This document shows positions 25,801 to 37,388 of a stretch of 64,000 nt of DNA, in pieces. The position numbers and the translations under genes are program-made. Numbering within the stretch: position 1 is the first letter of the stretch; every line of letters begins with the position of its first letter. The stretch is from Trichoplax adhaerens (lineage: Eukaryota > Animalia > Placozoa): the NCBI RefSeq assembly GCF_000150275.1, contig NW_002060969.1, positions 580,809 through 644,808 of the forward strand, in the 5' to 3' direction. Under the pieces are notes generated by a model. That model did no database searches and was not told the origin of the DNA. It saw nothing but the letters and a program-made list of their open reading frames with translations.

Positions 25801-26817
25801 GAAATTGGTATAAAGATTCAAGTATCTACAGTAATTTTCACCGAATAGAGTTCTAAGTGAATACCTACACTGTATTAGCCATAACTTCGATTTTTTATTA
25901 TGGAGTTCATCATAGATTCTGTCACAGATTTTAAAGTAGAGTATCTATGGAATTTTTATTTTATTAAGTGTGCACTCACACGCATGAAGATGGAAGGGCT
26001 AAGCGAAGTCGAAATTTTTTTCTACAAAAAAAATAATTTTTAATAATGTATTTATCCATCAAGCATCTGCTAAGTATCGTTTAACATAAATAAATCTATA
26101 AAATTGAGCGGAAATCCGAATTCTTTACACTAAAATTTTCATATTGTTTATCAAAACTTACTTTTTTGTTCCTAGAAACTGGCGGCTTACTTCTCTAAAA
26201 TTAGTTTTAATATTAATGAAATATTATTAAAAATTTTGATAATGCATCTTATTAGATTTTGGTGAGAATTGTATAAACGTATCGTGATCATTTGAAGACT
26301 ACGAAACCTAATTAATAGGTACCACAAATTTTTCTTTTTAATTGTAATCTGAATATTTATTGTTAGTCCCGACATTGTTAGATGTGAAAACATCATCAGC
26401 GTACGTTAATATACAATGTTATCGGTTTCATTCTTAACCTTAAGCAACAATCTGCTTAAAAAACTGAATAAACAAGCCTTCAATTTCAACAGATTTTAAA
26501 ATGAATCAGTTGTCTCGTTCATTATAATTGTTTACATGGTCCCACTATGCACAATAATAAGCTATTAATTATTCTAGCAAATTTCTGATTCTATTGTAAC
26601 TACCTTTTAAATCGAAACTTTAATTGAGAATACTCACAACTAGGCTCTTTCCATTCAGCTTAGTCACTATTGGATGCAAATCTTTATTGTTTGAGCCTCC
26701 TTTTGTGATTGATGATGCCCTGTTTTCTTTAATTATTTTGGCATTATTGACATTATCGCAATAGGCAGTAGTCATGATGAATACCGCTGCGATTAATAAG
26801 ATTCTCCTTAATTTCAT
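22804..26817 (-). CDS. Micro-exon secreted prepropeptide (Q...PIYFR cassettes); 3' end unresolved
   Basis: Signal-peptide exon 26638-26817 (MKLRRILLIAAVFIMTTAYC...), then AG/GTRRG-flanked open phase-0 exons: 26162-26194 RSKPPVSRNKK; 25980-26021 KKISTSLSPSIFMR; 25503-25544 RDDPLLWILSVYLN; 25271-25312 QNRPLPPLKPIKLR; 24990-25028 QDPTDPPPPIYFR; 24844-24900 QEPTSPPPSPSQEIPIYFR; 24677-24727 QDNTPPPPSQQVPIYFR; 24526-24582 QDDSSPALPSPALSPLYFN; 23997-24038 RPNLPSPYETTLLT; 23738-23779 PNEFPIPLSREYYS; 23029-23067 NLPLLWYLSARFR; 22804-22833 QEFALSFLSQ. Confidence 0.8.
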
Positions 26818-29043
26818 TTTTTACTTTGTTACTATACCTATCATAGAAGAAGGAGCATTTGTTACTGCTGCAATTGAGTTAGTAATAACAGAGAAAGAAT
26901 ATCCAAGCAATATTTTAAGGTCGTTATATAAGATTACCAAATCTGATAGCGGTTAGGATAAAGTGATCATAATACAGACTTTAAATCATCAGGCATGTTA
27001 TTCCAAGCATATATTGTAGCATTTCTGAACTAATTGAATTTGAAAACGAATTTTGAACGCAGTCTGAGGCGTAACTTATATTGTACTCATACAGTGACGA
27101 TATACTCAACAAATGTTGAGTCAAGAAACTGACGAAGTTTTATTTCTAAATCGCTATCTATCGTGAATAATAAAATGGTTAAGCATAAAATAATCAACCT
27201 GTAACTTATAGTTTTACGGTAATTATGTCTATAAACACGCTTAAATCTAATATTACAGCGAAGCAATTTCAGAATCTACATTTCTTTATTCTAATAAACG
27301 ATCATATTTATAGTGTGTACTTCTAAGTACACGGTATAAAGTTACTGAACCTCTGACAGGTCCACGACAAATGGTAATACTATCTGTTAAATGAACACAT
27401 TATCGTAAACCGTCAGCAAAGCGACGGGAGTTTGCACTAGTATTTAACAATTTACACTGTGGAAATCTCTTAGACTCTAGCTAGATTATACCGTAGCATT
27501 ACACTTACATAGAAGTAGCATATTATTATGAATCATTCGTGTCTATAAGTAATTTCCTCCTGCTGTGCTCTTAACATTATAAAAGCTATCTTCTTTTGCC
27601 TATTTCATTAGTAGCTCTGGCAGTTACACCGTAAGCTTGCACGCTTTACCTATTCTACACCATTATAGTTGTTCGACTAGTCACATCGTTACTCGCATGA
27701 TAATCTTACACGACTATTCTCTTACACTAGCTCAATAAAGATTACTCTTCCGTTAACTATTCTATTGTACTTTATTGTGACTAATGCGAAACTCTCAACC
27801 TTCCGAAACATCGCAATATTGTTGCGGTACACTATTTCAAAGCCCTTGTTTCTATATTCTAACAAGCTACTATATAAAATTCGAACAAGTACAAACCTTA
27901 ACGAGTATTCAAAGTTTCCACTTCAAGGAAATTTGAAAAAGCGCCACGATTGCAATGATAAATTGTCGCCAAGATCGCACAGAGGGAATAATTTCGGTTA
28001 GAAAAGCAAAGCAAAGTTAACATATATATATACCTTCATTGTCCCTACAAACGATTCATAAATACGATAGATAATCTTTTAACGGAAGTGTTGATAATAC
28101 AACTTATAATTGATGATGTATATTATTTTAATGAGAGAAATATATTTACAGGATTCGCATACTTTAGCATTTCTGCATTTCAAGAACAAAGCGATGATAG
28201 TACTGCTATTTTAAATAATTAATTACGGTATGTAATCTAATAAATCAAGCCTTGCAAATTTGAAGACAGTAGCTAGCTTTTGATAAATATAATTATTATT
28301 ATTGAACTAGGATTTTACATACAATTTAAATTTCTTAGAATGAAGCAAATACCTTACGGATAATAGAATACCCAGATACCAGATGACTTTACTTGATTAC
28401 CTAAAATTTCAATACGGAAATACGAATTCTAAATTTAGTATCCAATTATTCCTGTATCGAAAGTATTTTCTAATACTACAGTAATAAATGTGATGCTAAA
28501 TTAGCGAACAACATGAATCGAAGTCCTTTTAAATCAGACTTACGGTACACATTATTTAGTAGATTAATTTATTTGTAATATTGTAGTATCATCCGATAAA
28601 GCTCCTATCAATTATAAATTTCAATTTATAGAAGACAAGCATCCTTCTTGATAAACAGTTTACCAAAGATTAGATGGTCGTTACATTATTATTCAACACA
28701 TATTGGTATTGGAGTATTTCATTCAAATATCAGCGTACCGCTAAATTCAGTTGAATGAGGCAACGCTAATCACTAATGTCTATAAATAGCACCTACAGCA
28801 TCTTGCATTAAGATCATTATTGACGCTAATTGATATACGTGTATAATAAGACGCTAGGGTATTTGCAAATGTTATAATGTTTCCCAAACATTATATCTAA
28901 ACAAAGTAACACCAAACTTCTCATCCATTAGAAAAACGTTTATAACCTACACTGTGCGTTAGCGACGCCTCTACGTCATACCCGGTGCGATACCGTAGTA
29001 TATTATATGTACATGCATACTGTGTTCTGATCCATAGTAAAAC

Positions 29044-29495
29044 CGCTAAATTAATTATTACAGTATGGGCATGCAAGGCGGTATTAACAGTATGAAAAAA
29101 GGTTAAATGCAGTAAAACGCTAAATGTGTGCTTTCGAAACGAAGTGCAGATCATAATCATACAGTATTAAATATAAAAAGAGAGTGATATACTGTATAAC
29201 GCCAAATATGGGTATGCGAATCTCAAAGTATTAATTAAAGGCGCACTGTAATGTGCTTTCTGTACCGTATACCAGCTAAATTATTATAATTATGCAGGAT
29301 TAATGATATGATAAAAAGTTATATGCAGTAAAACGCCAAATGCATGCGTTCGAAACAATGTGTTTATTATAACCATACGGTATTAAGTATAAAAAGAGAT
29401 TGATATACTGTTTAACGCCAATACGGGCGTGCGAATCTCGAAATTGTTAATTAAAGACACACTGACGCACTGTATAGTACTGTACTTTCTGTAGA
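29044..29495. repeat. Diverged tandem duplication, 2 x ~225 bp
   Basis: Both copies share GCTAAATTA...ATGCAGTAAAACGCYAAATG...TTCGAAAC...CATACRGTATTAA...TATAAAAAGAGA...TGATATACTGT...TGCGAATCTC...TTAATTAAAG. Confidence 0.85.
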
Positions 29496-31484
29496 TCCGG
29501 AGTGTGTGTGTAGGTAAAGACGTGGGTATACTTCAAAGTGTGTATACAGATACTCCACCGTACAATCCGTCGGACAAAGAGTATAAAAGTCGAAAGTTTT
29601 TAAAGGTGCGTAGTATGGGTTAGTGATGGATAAATAATTAATCTGCAAGTGATATTTATCATATTACAGTCATTGTTATTGTGCTAATAGCTTATCATAA
29701 TCTAATATACGACATAAGCTATTGCTTAAAATATACATGAAATATTTACTAACAACGGTAACCAGCTGCTCTATTTTAATCCATTTGTGAATGAATTTGC
29801 TTAAAACTGTAAGGCAATAATATCTTTAGCAAATCAAATATCTTACATACATAAATAATATGATATTAATATAGGAAATGATTGATTTAGGAATAATTAA
29901 ATAACGATATTGATACTATTGACCATATTTAGTAAATATTTTGGTAAGATAGCTTAATGTTAATGTTTTGATCAATCTATCGGTGCTAAATTATTGAAGG
30001 TATCGTTCTACCTTGCCTTGAGTATCATTTGGCAACTCACATTTTCCGCTGAAATGCGAGATGTTGTCCAATACTTGGAAAGTGTATTTATGACCGGAAA
30101 TTGCATAATTAATTGTATACAATAATTATATTTTTATGCTTCTATCTAAACATTGATCTTACAATAATTATTTCCTACTTTGAGATACTCCAATTTATAA
30201 TTAATGCTTACTAGTCTCATCAAAAGATATTCAATTGTCCTTGTATTCTCACTACTTACGATTATTTTTAGCTAAATAGATCTATTTTTGTTAGTTCCGC
30301 AAAGTAAATTAGGAGACATATTCTAAATGAAAACAGCATAATATCAATGTAATAGTTTCTTTGGAAAACACGTGTAGAATAAATTTTGAAGGTAATTGCA
30401 GAAGTGATGCTTCCTATTTGGTATCTATGAAATACTACTGCCTTAAACTACATTATCAAATAAATAGTGATATAGTATCATATTTTGGGTAAATTTAAAG
30501 TTCTCTCGAAGCTAGTTCTAATTCTATAACAACCAGGAAAAATTTTTATTCTATAACTTGCAGCTATATAAGATTTCTTCAAAGAAATGATAACATCAGT
30601 ACTTATCTAAAATATTATAGACACGATGCTCTGTAATAATGCGCAGTGTACAGAATTATTGGTGTATATTAAATGTGAACTAAAAGTAACCTTAATTAAC
30701 ATTTGTAAATAAAAGGTAGTAGCACTATAGTGTGTCTAAGATAAACTCAGCAATTAATCGATAAACTTGAGTGCATTTGATTACTAGCAATAATCATAGA
30801 AGTCTTTAATGAAAGGTACTGTAGCCAATATCAATAGTCATTTTAGCAATATGAACTCAATTTTAAATTATGATAGGAAGCGGGTCCCTTCACTAAGTTT
30901 ACACTTTTTATTAATATTTATCGGCATTTGCTAATCGTTCAAGTAATATTAGAGCGGTCCTACAGGTGAAGATTATCCCTAGAAATTTTAGTTAACACCT
31001 TGTAATTTACGATACGATATGCTAATTAATGAGTGATTTGAACAACTAAATGATTGATTTAAAGTCAATGCGAAATCGGCTAGTTGGAAATTAAAACTAT
31101 TATACGACGAATATATTCTTGTGTAATATCCTTTTTGCTAAAGTATCTTCAAAAATAATAAAAAAAGAACTACAGTTTCTTGTAAACTTCGCTTTGTTAC
31201 ACAAATTAGGTTCGTCTTATAATTACCAAAAATTATCTAGCTGCAATCGGACTATCATCAGTCAATCAAATAATATTAATGAGATTTTATGGGTATCACG
31301 CTGTTAGCAGTTTCTGACTGAAGAATCATGATCTCGGTACCGGTACCTAGACGAGCATAGACAAACTGAGCCAACCTAGACTCTATTAACTTAAAATTGC
31401 ACCATATTCCGTGGAATTTCTACAAATTTTACCAGTCTAAGTTATTACGCGAAAATTCATCAATTATGTGTAATGTTACAAAAT

Positions 31485-31684
31485 NNNNNNNNNNNNNNNN
31501 NNNNNNNNNNNNNNNNNNNNNNNNNNNNNNNNNNNNNNNNNNNNNNNNNNNNNNNNNNNNNNNNNNNNNNNNNNNNNNNNNNNNNNNNNNNNNNNNNNNN
31601 NNNNNNNNNNNNNNNNNNNNNNNNNNNNNNNNNNNNNNNNNNNNNNNNNNNNNNNNNNNNNNNNNNNNNNNNNNNNNNNNNNNN
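31485..31684. other. Assembly gap (200 N)
   Basis: Run of exactly 200 N, a round placeholder length typical of a scaffolding join. Confidence 0.99.
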
Positions 31685-34600
31685 AGATTTTCGGGCTTTA
31701 CACTCAAAATTGTTATTTATGAGATTGCACCCACGAACTAGTAAATGAACGTTAATACGTCTTTAGCGTCGGCCATAAACGAACGGTATCTAAATTTAAA
31801 TTTTTTTATAATTTCGTTAGCGTACAAGTTAGATTATATTTAGGCTTCTAAAGTTTGCTTTGTAAGCAATCGATAATTGACTAACATCCTATCCAACTGT
31901 AGTACATGAAATCCAAGTCATATAAGATCGAATTATGGGATCGAGCACAGAATTGCTCGCCTATTAAGGGTTTTAACGTAGGTTATTTTTCGTCTTATGC
32001 ACTAATAACATGCAATGGACATCATTTTTTTAATTAATTTGACTATGATTTAAAATTCGGAAGACCCAATCTAAGTAACAGCCGACAGGAATCTTATTCA
32101 CAAGCTATAAATTTTGAAATTATTAATGCGGATTATGTTTGTAGCCAATTATAGCACTAATTATTACGTAAGTATATAAAATTCTCAAAGCTATTATATT
32201 ATTTAGATATAATTTTTTAATTCCTGAATAGCCTATAATGTTCGAAAGGTTGTTTTCAAAAGATAGTTCGCAAATCTAATAATGCAGCACTAATACAGCT
32301 AAATACTTTTGTTCAAAAGCACTACAAATATTGAAGTGTTTAAGTTCTTTCTTCATAGTTAACAATATCACCCTTACATGCAGCATAGCTGATATCAGTA
32401 TATGAGCAGAGTGTTATATGATATTCTTGGCAATAGATTAAAAAGTAGAATAAATTTAACTGATTAAAAATTAACGTAGGGCATTCGTCGTTTACAGTAT
32501 TGCAATTAAGAGCGACTAATATTGTAACCGCTACGATATCTAAAGATCATTGTTTGATATTAATAGGAGCATTTCCATGCAATAAATAGATGACAAGATT
32601 CTTTATCACCCGTAAAGTATGCAGCATAATGTAATGAAGATTAATTTTTAGAATTCTCCTTTAAGCTTTTATATTATTTTCATAAGTATTGCAGCTTTAA
32701 AAATAACTTAATTTGGTTTAACTTAGTATCGTAACATATTGTAAACCCGACTCCTTTATTCGGGTTAGAACTTAAGAATATTCTGTAGCATAATTTTGAT
32801 AAGAATATCGCGATATTAGATTGTAATTTACGTGATATATTTGGTCAGTATCATACTCATGCTTCATTCATGATAAAAACTTGTAGCCCATTTTGATTAA
32901 AAAATACAGTAGAAATAATGTTACTTCGTTATTGAATACAGTGCAAACCCAAACGTTTCGATATAGGTTTTAATTAAGATTGTTAGTCTGTCTTAGTCTT
33001 TTTTATAGGTCTATATTATATAATGAAGAAAAGTATAATTTGTAGATTTAGTAATACTGGGAATCTAGGGTACAATTTATCTGATCATATGTATTTGATT
33101 GCTAGTTTTTTTTGGAATACTTTAGAATAGTAATTTGATAGTCTGATATCATCAACTGCTCTGCGCAGCATACGCATGTAAAAGGCGACGTAGTTCAGTA
33201 GAAACGTAGTTCAAGCCTTAGTTCAAGATAGAAAATGGGGAATGAGATTTTCCTAAATTCATGAGTAAATCATATTTTACGTTGGTAGTTTGATTGGTTG
33301 AGACAATAAATTTTGCTCTTACTGTAATTTTTAATTGATTTTTACAAGTTATTCGCTAAATTCTAAATAAACTGGTATTTTCCCGTAATTCTCCTAGTTT
33401 TGGGGTTTAAAAGTTGTTGGATTTACTTAAACTTTTACGTCCGTTATTACTATAAAATATTCCTGTATCAAATTTTCCATGATTTCCATACAGTACTACC
33501 ATGTATTATTGCCATAATAACCGAATTTATGAATTCCTACCGAGTAATTCACATGTACTTGTTTTATAAATTTAAGTTTGTGCATCTTTATCACTTCATT
33601 TATCATCATATTTCATTCACACTAGTAAGGACTATGAATCTAAAGAATTCTTGTTATTATTGAGCTATTGTCTATAGGGTGCACCCATCAGTAAGAGAAT
33701 AATACTATTCTAGACTTCTCTTACAAAAATATTTTAGGTGCAATGAGTTTTGAATTTTATGAACATATGAAAATACGGCTTTTCCTATTTTAGAATGCTA
33801 AGAATAGCATTTTTGTGGCCGTATTAATTTCGTCATATTTTATTATTTTTTTATCGAACGTCGAAGATATTATTAATTAATTGAGATAAAACTATTATTT
33901 TATTAACTATAATTAAGCCAATTTTACCTTGAAATTTTGTATCATTAAAACGTTTACAATACATTAAAAATGAGCAAATAACCACCGCATTGCTGGCACT
34001 CTGATGCTATTGTCTTCTGCCGCACATCATTTCTAACAGTATCAATTGAGGCTCGACTGTCACAAGATTGGAACTAAAAATGAAAATGTAAACTACTTCA
34101 CTCAAGGATAGGGTACTAACTTGTTGTCATATATAGTGCATTTCTTTTTATGCTAACGTATACTGGTGTCAAATACTACTACATCGCAGACAATTGCATA
34201 ATTAATCATGGTTTGTCATGAAATGCGTATTACTGAAGTTATAGAGAGATATACAGACTTACTAACTATATTATACGATTAAAGTTATCTTTGCATGTAT
34301 TCTCATATCAGTATATTTAATAAAGTAAATTATTGTGATCCAACAAAGTAAAAAGGGTATATTTATGAGAGCACACAGTAGATAATGCAGGATTTATGTT
34401 AATAATTATAATCTCATAATCTATGAAAGTAGATTATAAATAAGAAAAAGACATTTAGAATACGATGTATACATTTAACTTCAACGATAAAATTATTCTT
34501 CATTCTCCTTAATATTTGCCATCTTCCTGCTAAGTACTATGTGTACAGTAAAATTTTACTGTTACAGTAGTTAAAAAATTAAAATTTGATAGGTTCTACG

Positions 34601-35585
34601 TTACTCTATAATTATAATTCTAACATCGACAATAGAAATTGTAGTTACGTGATCATACATCTATGCACCTTTGTTAAATAAATTATAGTGGTTTCAGGAT
34701 TTTAAAAGATAGGTCAAATAATACTAGTGCTATAATCAAAATTTTTACAAATTCCCATGATTTCTAAATGATTACTAAATCGATTGTTTCGCCCAATTCA
34801 AAGACGGCGCATAGTATGATGATTTTTTACTTCAAACTGAGCTTTATAACCAGCATATACCATAAAGAAATTTCATCCTTTTAATAAGTTAAATTAACAA
34901 AGTGACAGCCAATGTAAACATGCAATAGCCTCCTTTTTATTCCAAGGAGTTGGATGACATTCTCATAAATCACTGTAGCCTTCTTCAAAACCCTCGAGTA
35001 AGTAAATTTTTATACATAGGATAAAATTTTGATATCATGGTCTTTTTATCCTGTCTTTAGCTCGTATTGCATATAATGTAGCGCCGTTATAAAACACGAA
35101 AACCTGGTATCATCATCATGTAGGTTAATTATTAGTTCACTGGCACATCTGGAAGTTATTTTGTAATTTTATTCGTTTTTGACGATTAAGCTTATACAAT
35201 TATTAACGGATGAGAACATTATAATTATAGCAATCAACACTTGAACATTTTGAGTTCATTAAGTATACTCAGGATAATTTCATACTTCTCAACATTTTAT
35301 TGCTCCGTGTACAATGTGGCAGTAATTACTTGACTTGGTTATACACCAGTCATGTCAAAATATTTATTAATTGAGGGGCTTTAAGGCAATGAACGTAGAA
35401 ATTGCGAAATTGATATAAACTAATAATTAAAAGACGGAACTACAATTTAAATGTGAGGTACAGCATATGAGATGACTACAGATGTCAATTTTAGGTAAAG
35501 TTATTATACTAGACTGTCATTCTGGAAGCTACTGTAGCTATGATCTAGAATAACAAGCGGAGCTTATTCTATTAATGCAGCGGTT

Positions 35586-37388
35586 CTACTTTCCTTCATA
35601 AATTATTGGAGGGGGCTGTTTATATTCCCTTTTTCTATTTATCAAACGCAATTCATCTTTTAAAGCTGATTTTGCAGAGCGATCTTGATCTCCAAACCTT
35701 GGTAATCCAAGAAATAATTTTTTCTTCTGATCATAGCTTGTCGACATATCTTTAGTAAATCTTTCGCTGCTACGCCTTTTTAACATGGCCATTGGTATTT
35801 CGTTACCGGATTCCAAATATACTGTTGGGACGTCAACAAACCCACCACTTGCTAATCCAGTTGAGTCCAAGTTCCAAATTGGTAGATTATATTTTCCAAA
35901 AGCCTTACTATCAGGTGTACTTTGGGCGAAAGAAAGTTGATAATCAAGACTTGAGGGTTCTGTCATGCTTGTTAGATAAGCTATATCTTCTGGCATCGTG
36001 TACATTTCAGGCCCATAATTGTATAATTGCCTAGCTAACAGATTGTCCCTAGGGACAATAGTTTGCTTTGTCCCTGTTAGAAATTAATTATTCATCACTT
36101 TAACGAAGCGATATATCAGGTTTCTTTTAAAATTGAGTACAGTATACGCTGGACAATTCAAAACTAACAAAAATTATAAACAATAACAAGAAATACTTAC
36201 AAGCATCCCTTTTGTGCAAATTGATACTAGGTAGCCCATACAGCTTAGGTTCGTTATCTCTGTTGCTAAATGTAAGAGTAGGCATTCGAAATTCCATGCG
36301 TTTACTATCTCTCTTACCAAACATAATGGGGGGTATATTTTGTCGGATACTTTCACTATTTCTCTTACCAAACGTAATGGAGGGTATACCTTGTTGGATA
36401 CTTTTACCATTTCTCTTACCGAACGTAATAGAGGGTATACCTTGTTGGATGCTTTCACTATTTCTCTTACCAAACGTAATAGAGGGTATACCTTGTTGGG
36501 TACTTGCACTATTTCTCTTGCCAAACGTAATAGAGGGTATACCTTGTTGGGTGCTTTCACTATTTCTCTTACCAAACGTAATAGAGGGTATACCTTGTTG
36601 GGTGCTTTCACTATTTCTCTTACCAAACATAATAGATGGCATTCCTTGTTGGATGCTTTCACTATTTCTTCTATCAAGGACATCAGAATTGTGAGATTGT
36701 CTGCTTACTTTGATATCTGAAATCAAGAAAGAAATCGTAAATTAAATTTTTATTGCTTAACTAGTCTACATTATGAATATATGCATTCGGCAATGATTGC
36801 ACCCTTTCATGAATGCAGTGTAAATACAATAGTAACTGTAAGCTTCCTCTGCTACTCGACATCATAGTTATCTTATATCATAGAATGAATTTATGTATTC
36901 AAAATTTTCATTTACTCAAGTCTAGAATGTAAATATGCAAATTCTGGTAATAATAGTATCGTTTTAGTAGTACACTGTAGAACCGAAAAGATCACTTATT
37001 ACCTTCTAAATTTCTCCTACCAAAGCCTAGAGGAATAAATGTTGGTTGTTCACGCAAAGTGTGTCTCTTAGCTGATGATATAAAACGAGCATTTCCTAAT
37101 AATTATGAAGTAATCTTTTAAGAGACTTGCTTTGCACGTTCGATATCAAAAAAGAGTAATCGATTTTATAACTTTTTAGAACCATAATTACTTCAATGAG
37201 TAACTAACTGTAGATAGAATAGTTTAGATCGAAAATTGTTTACTATTTAAGATTACTACGTTATGCTTTAATATATCATGATGCCAATTTATTCTAAACA
37301 GGTATTATTTTATTTTACCTGGCGTAGTAGCAACCACTACCGCGATCATGAGGATAGTGTAAGATAGGAAAATCGAATTCGTTGCCAT
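35586..37388 (-). CDS. SITFamide neuropeptide-type precursor, 4 exons, ~388 aa
   Basis: Exons 37319-37388 (signal peptide MATNSIFLSYTILMIAVVVATTP), 37003-37095, 36201-36716, 35586-36073, joined by phase-1 introns in frame; seven 17-aa units ending FGKR (five GIPSITFGKR) give amidation plus dibasic cleavage sites. Confidence 0.93.
36207..36666 (-). repeat. Coding tandem repeat, 51-bp unit x ~9 (7 conserved, 2 degenerate)
   Basis: Repeating CTATTTCTCTTACCAAACGTAATAGAGGGTATACCTTGTTGG on the + strand, encoding NSESTQQGIPSITFGKR on the minus strand. Confidence 0.95.

Noticed and set aside
31397-31748. ORFs containing long X runs
   Set aside because: They are open only because they cross the 200-N gap.
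36207-36666. Regular repeats as a CRISPR array
   Set aside because: Head-to-tail coding repeat with no unique spacers, no cas genes and a eukaryotic context.
36174-36720. Three extra overlapping ORFs (169, 160 and 126 aa) over the SITF array
   Set aside because: By-products of a 51-bp repeat (a multiple of 3) that lacks stops in those frames; only the FGKR frame links to a signal peptide through valid splice sites.
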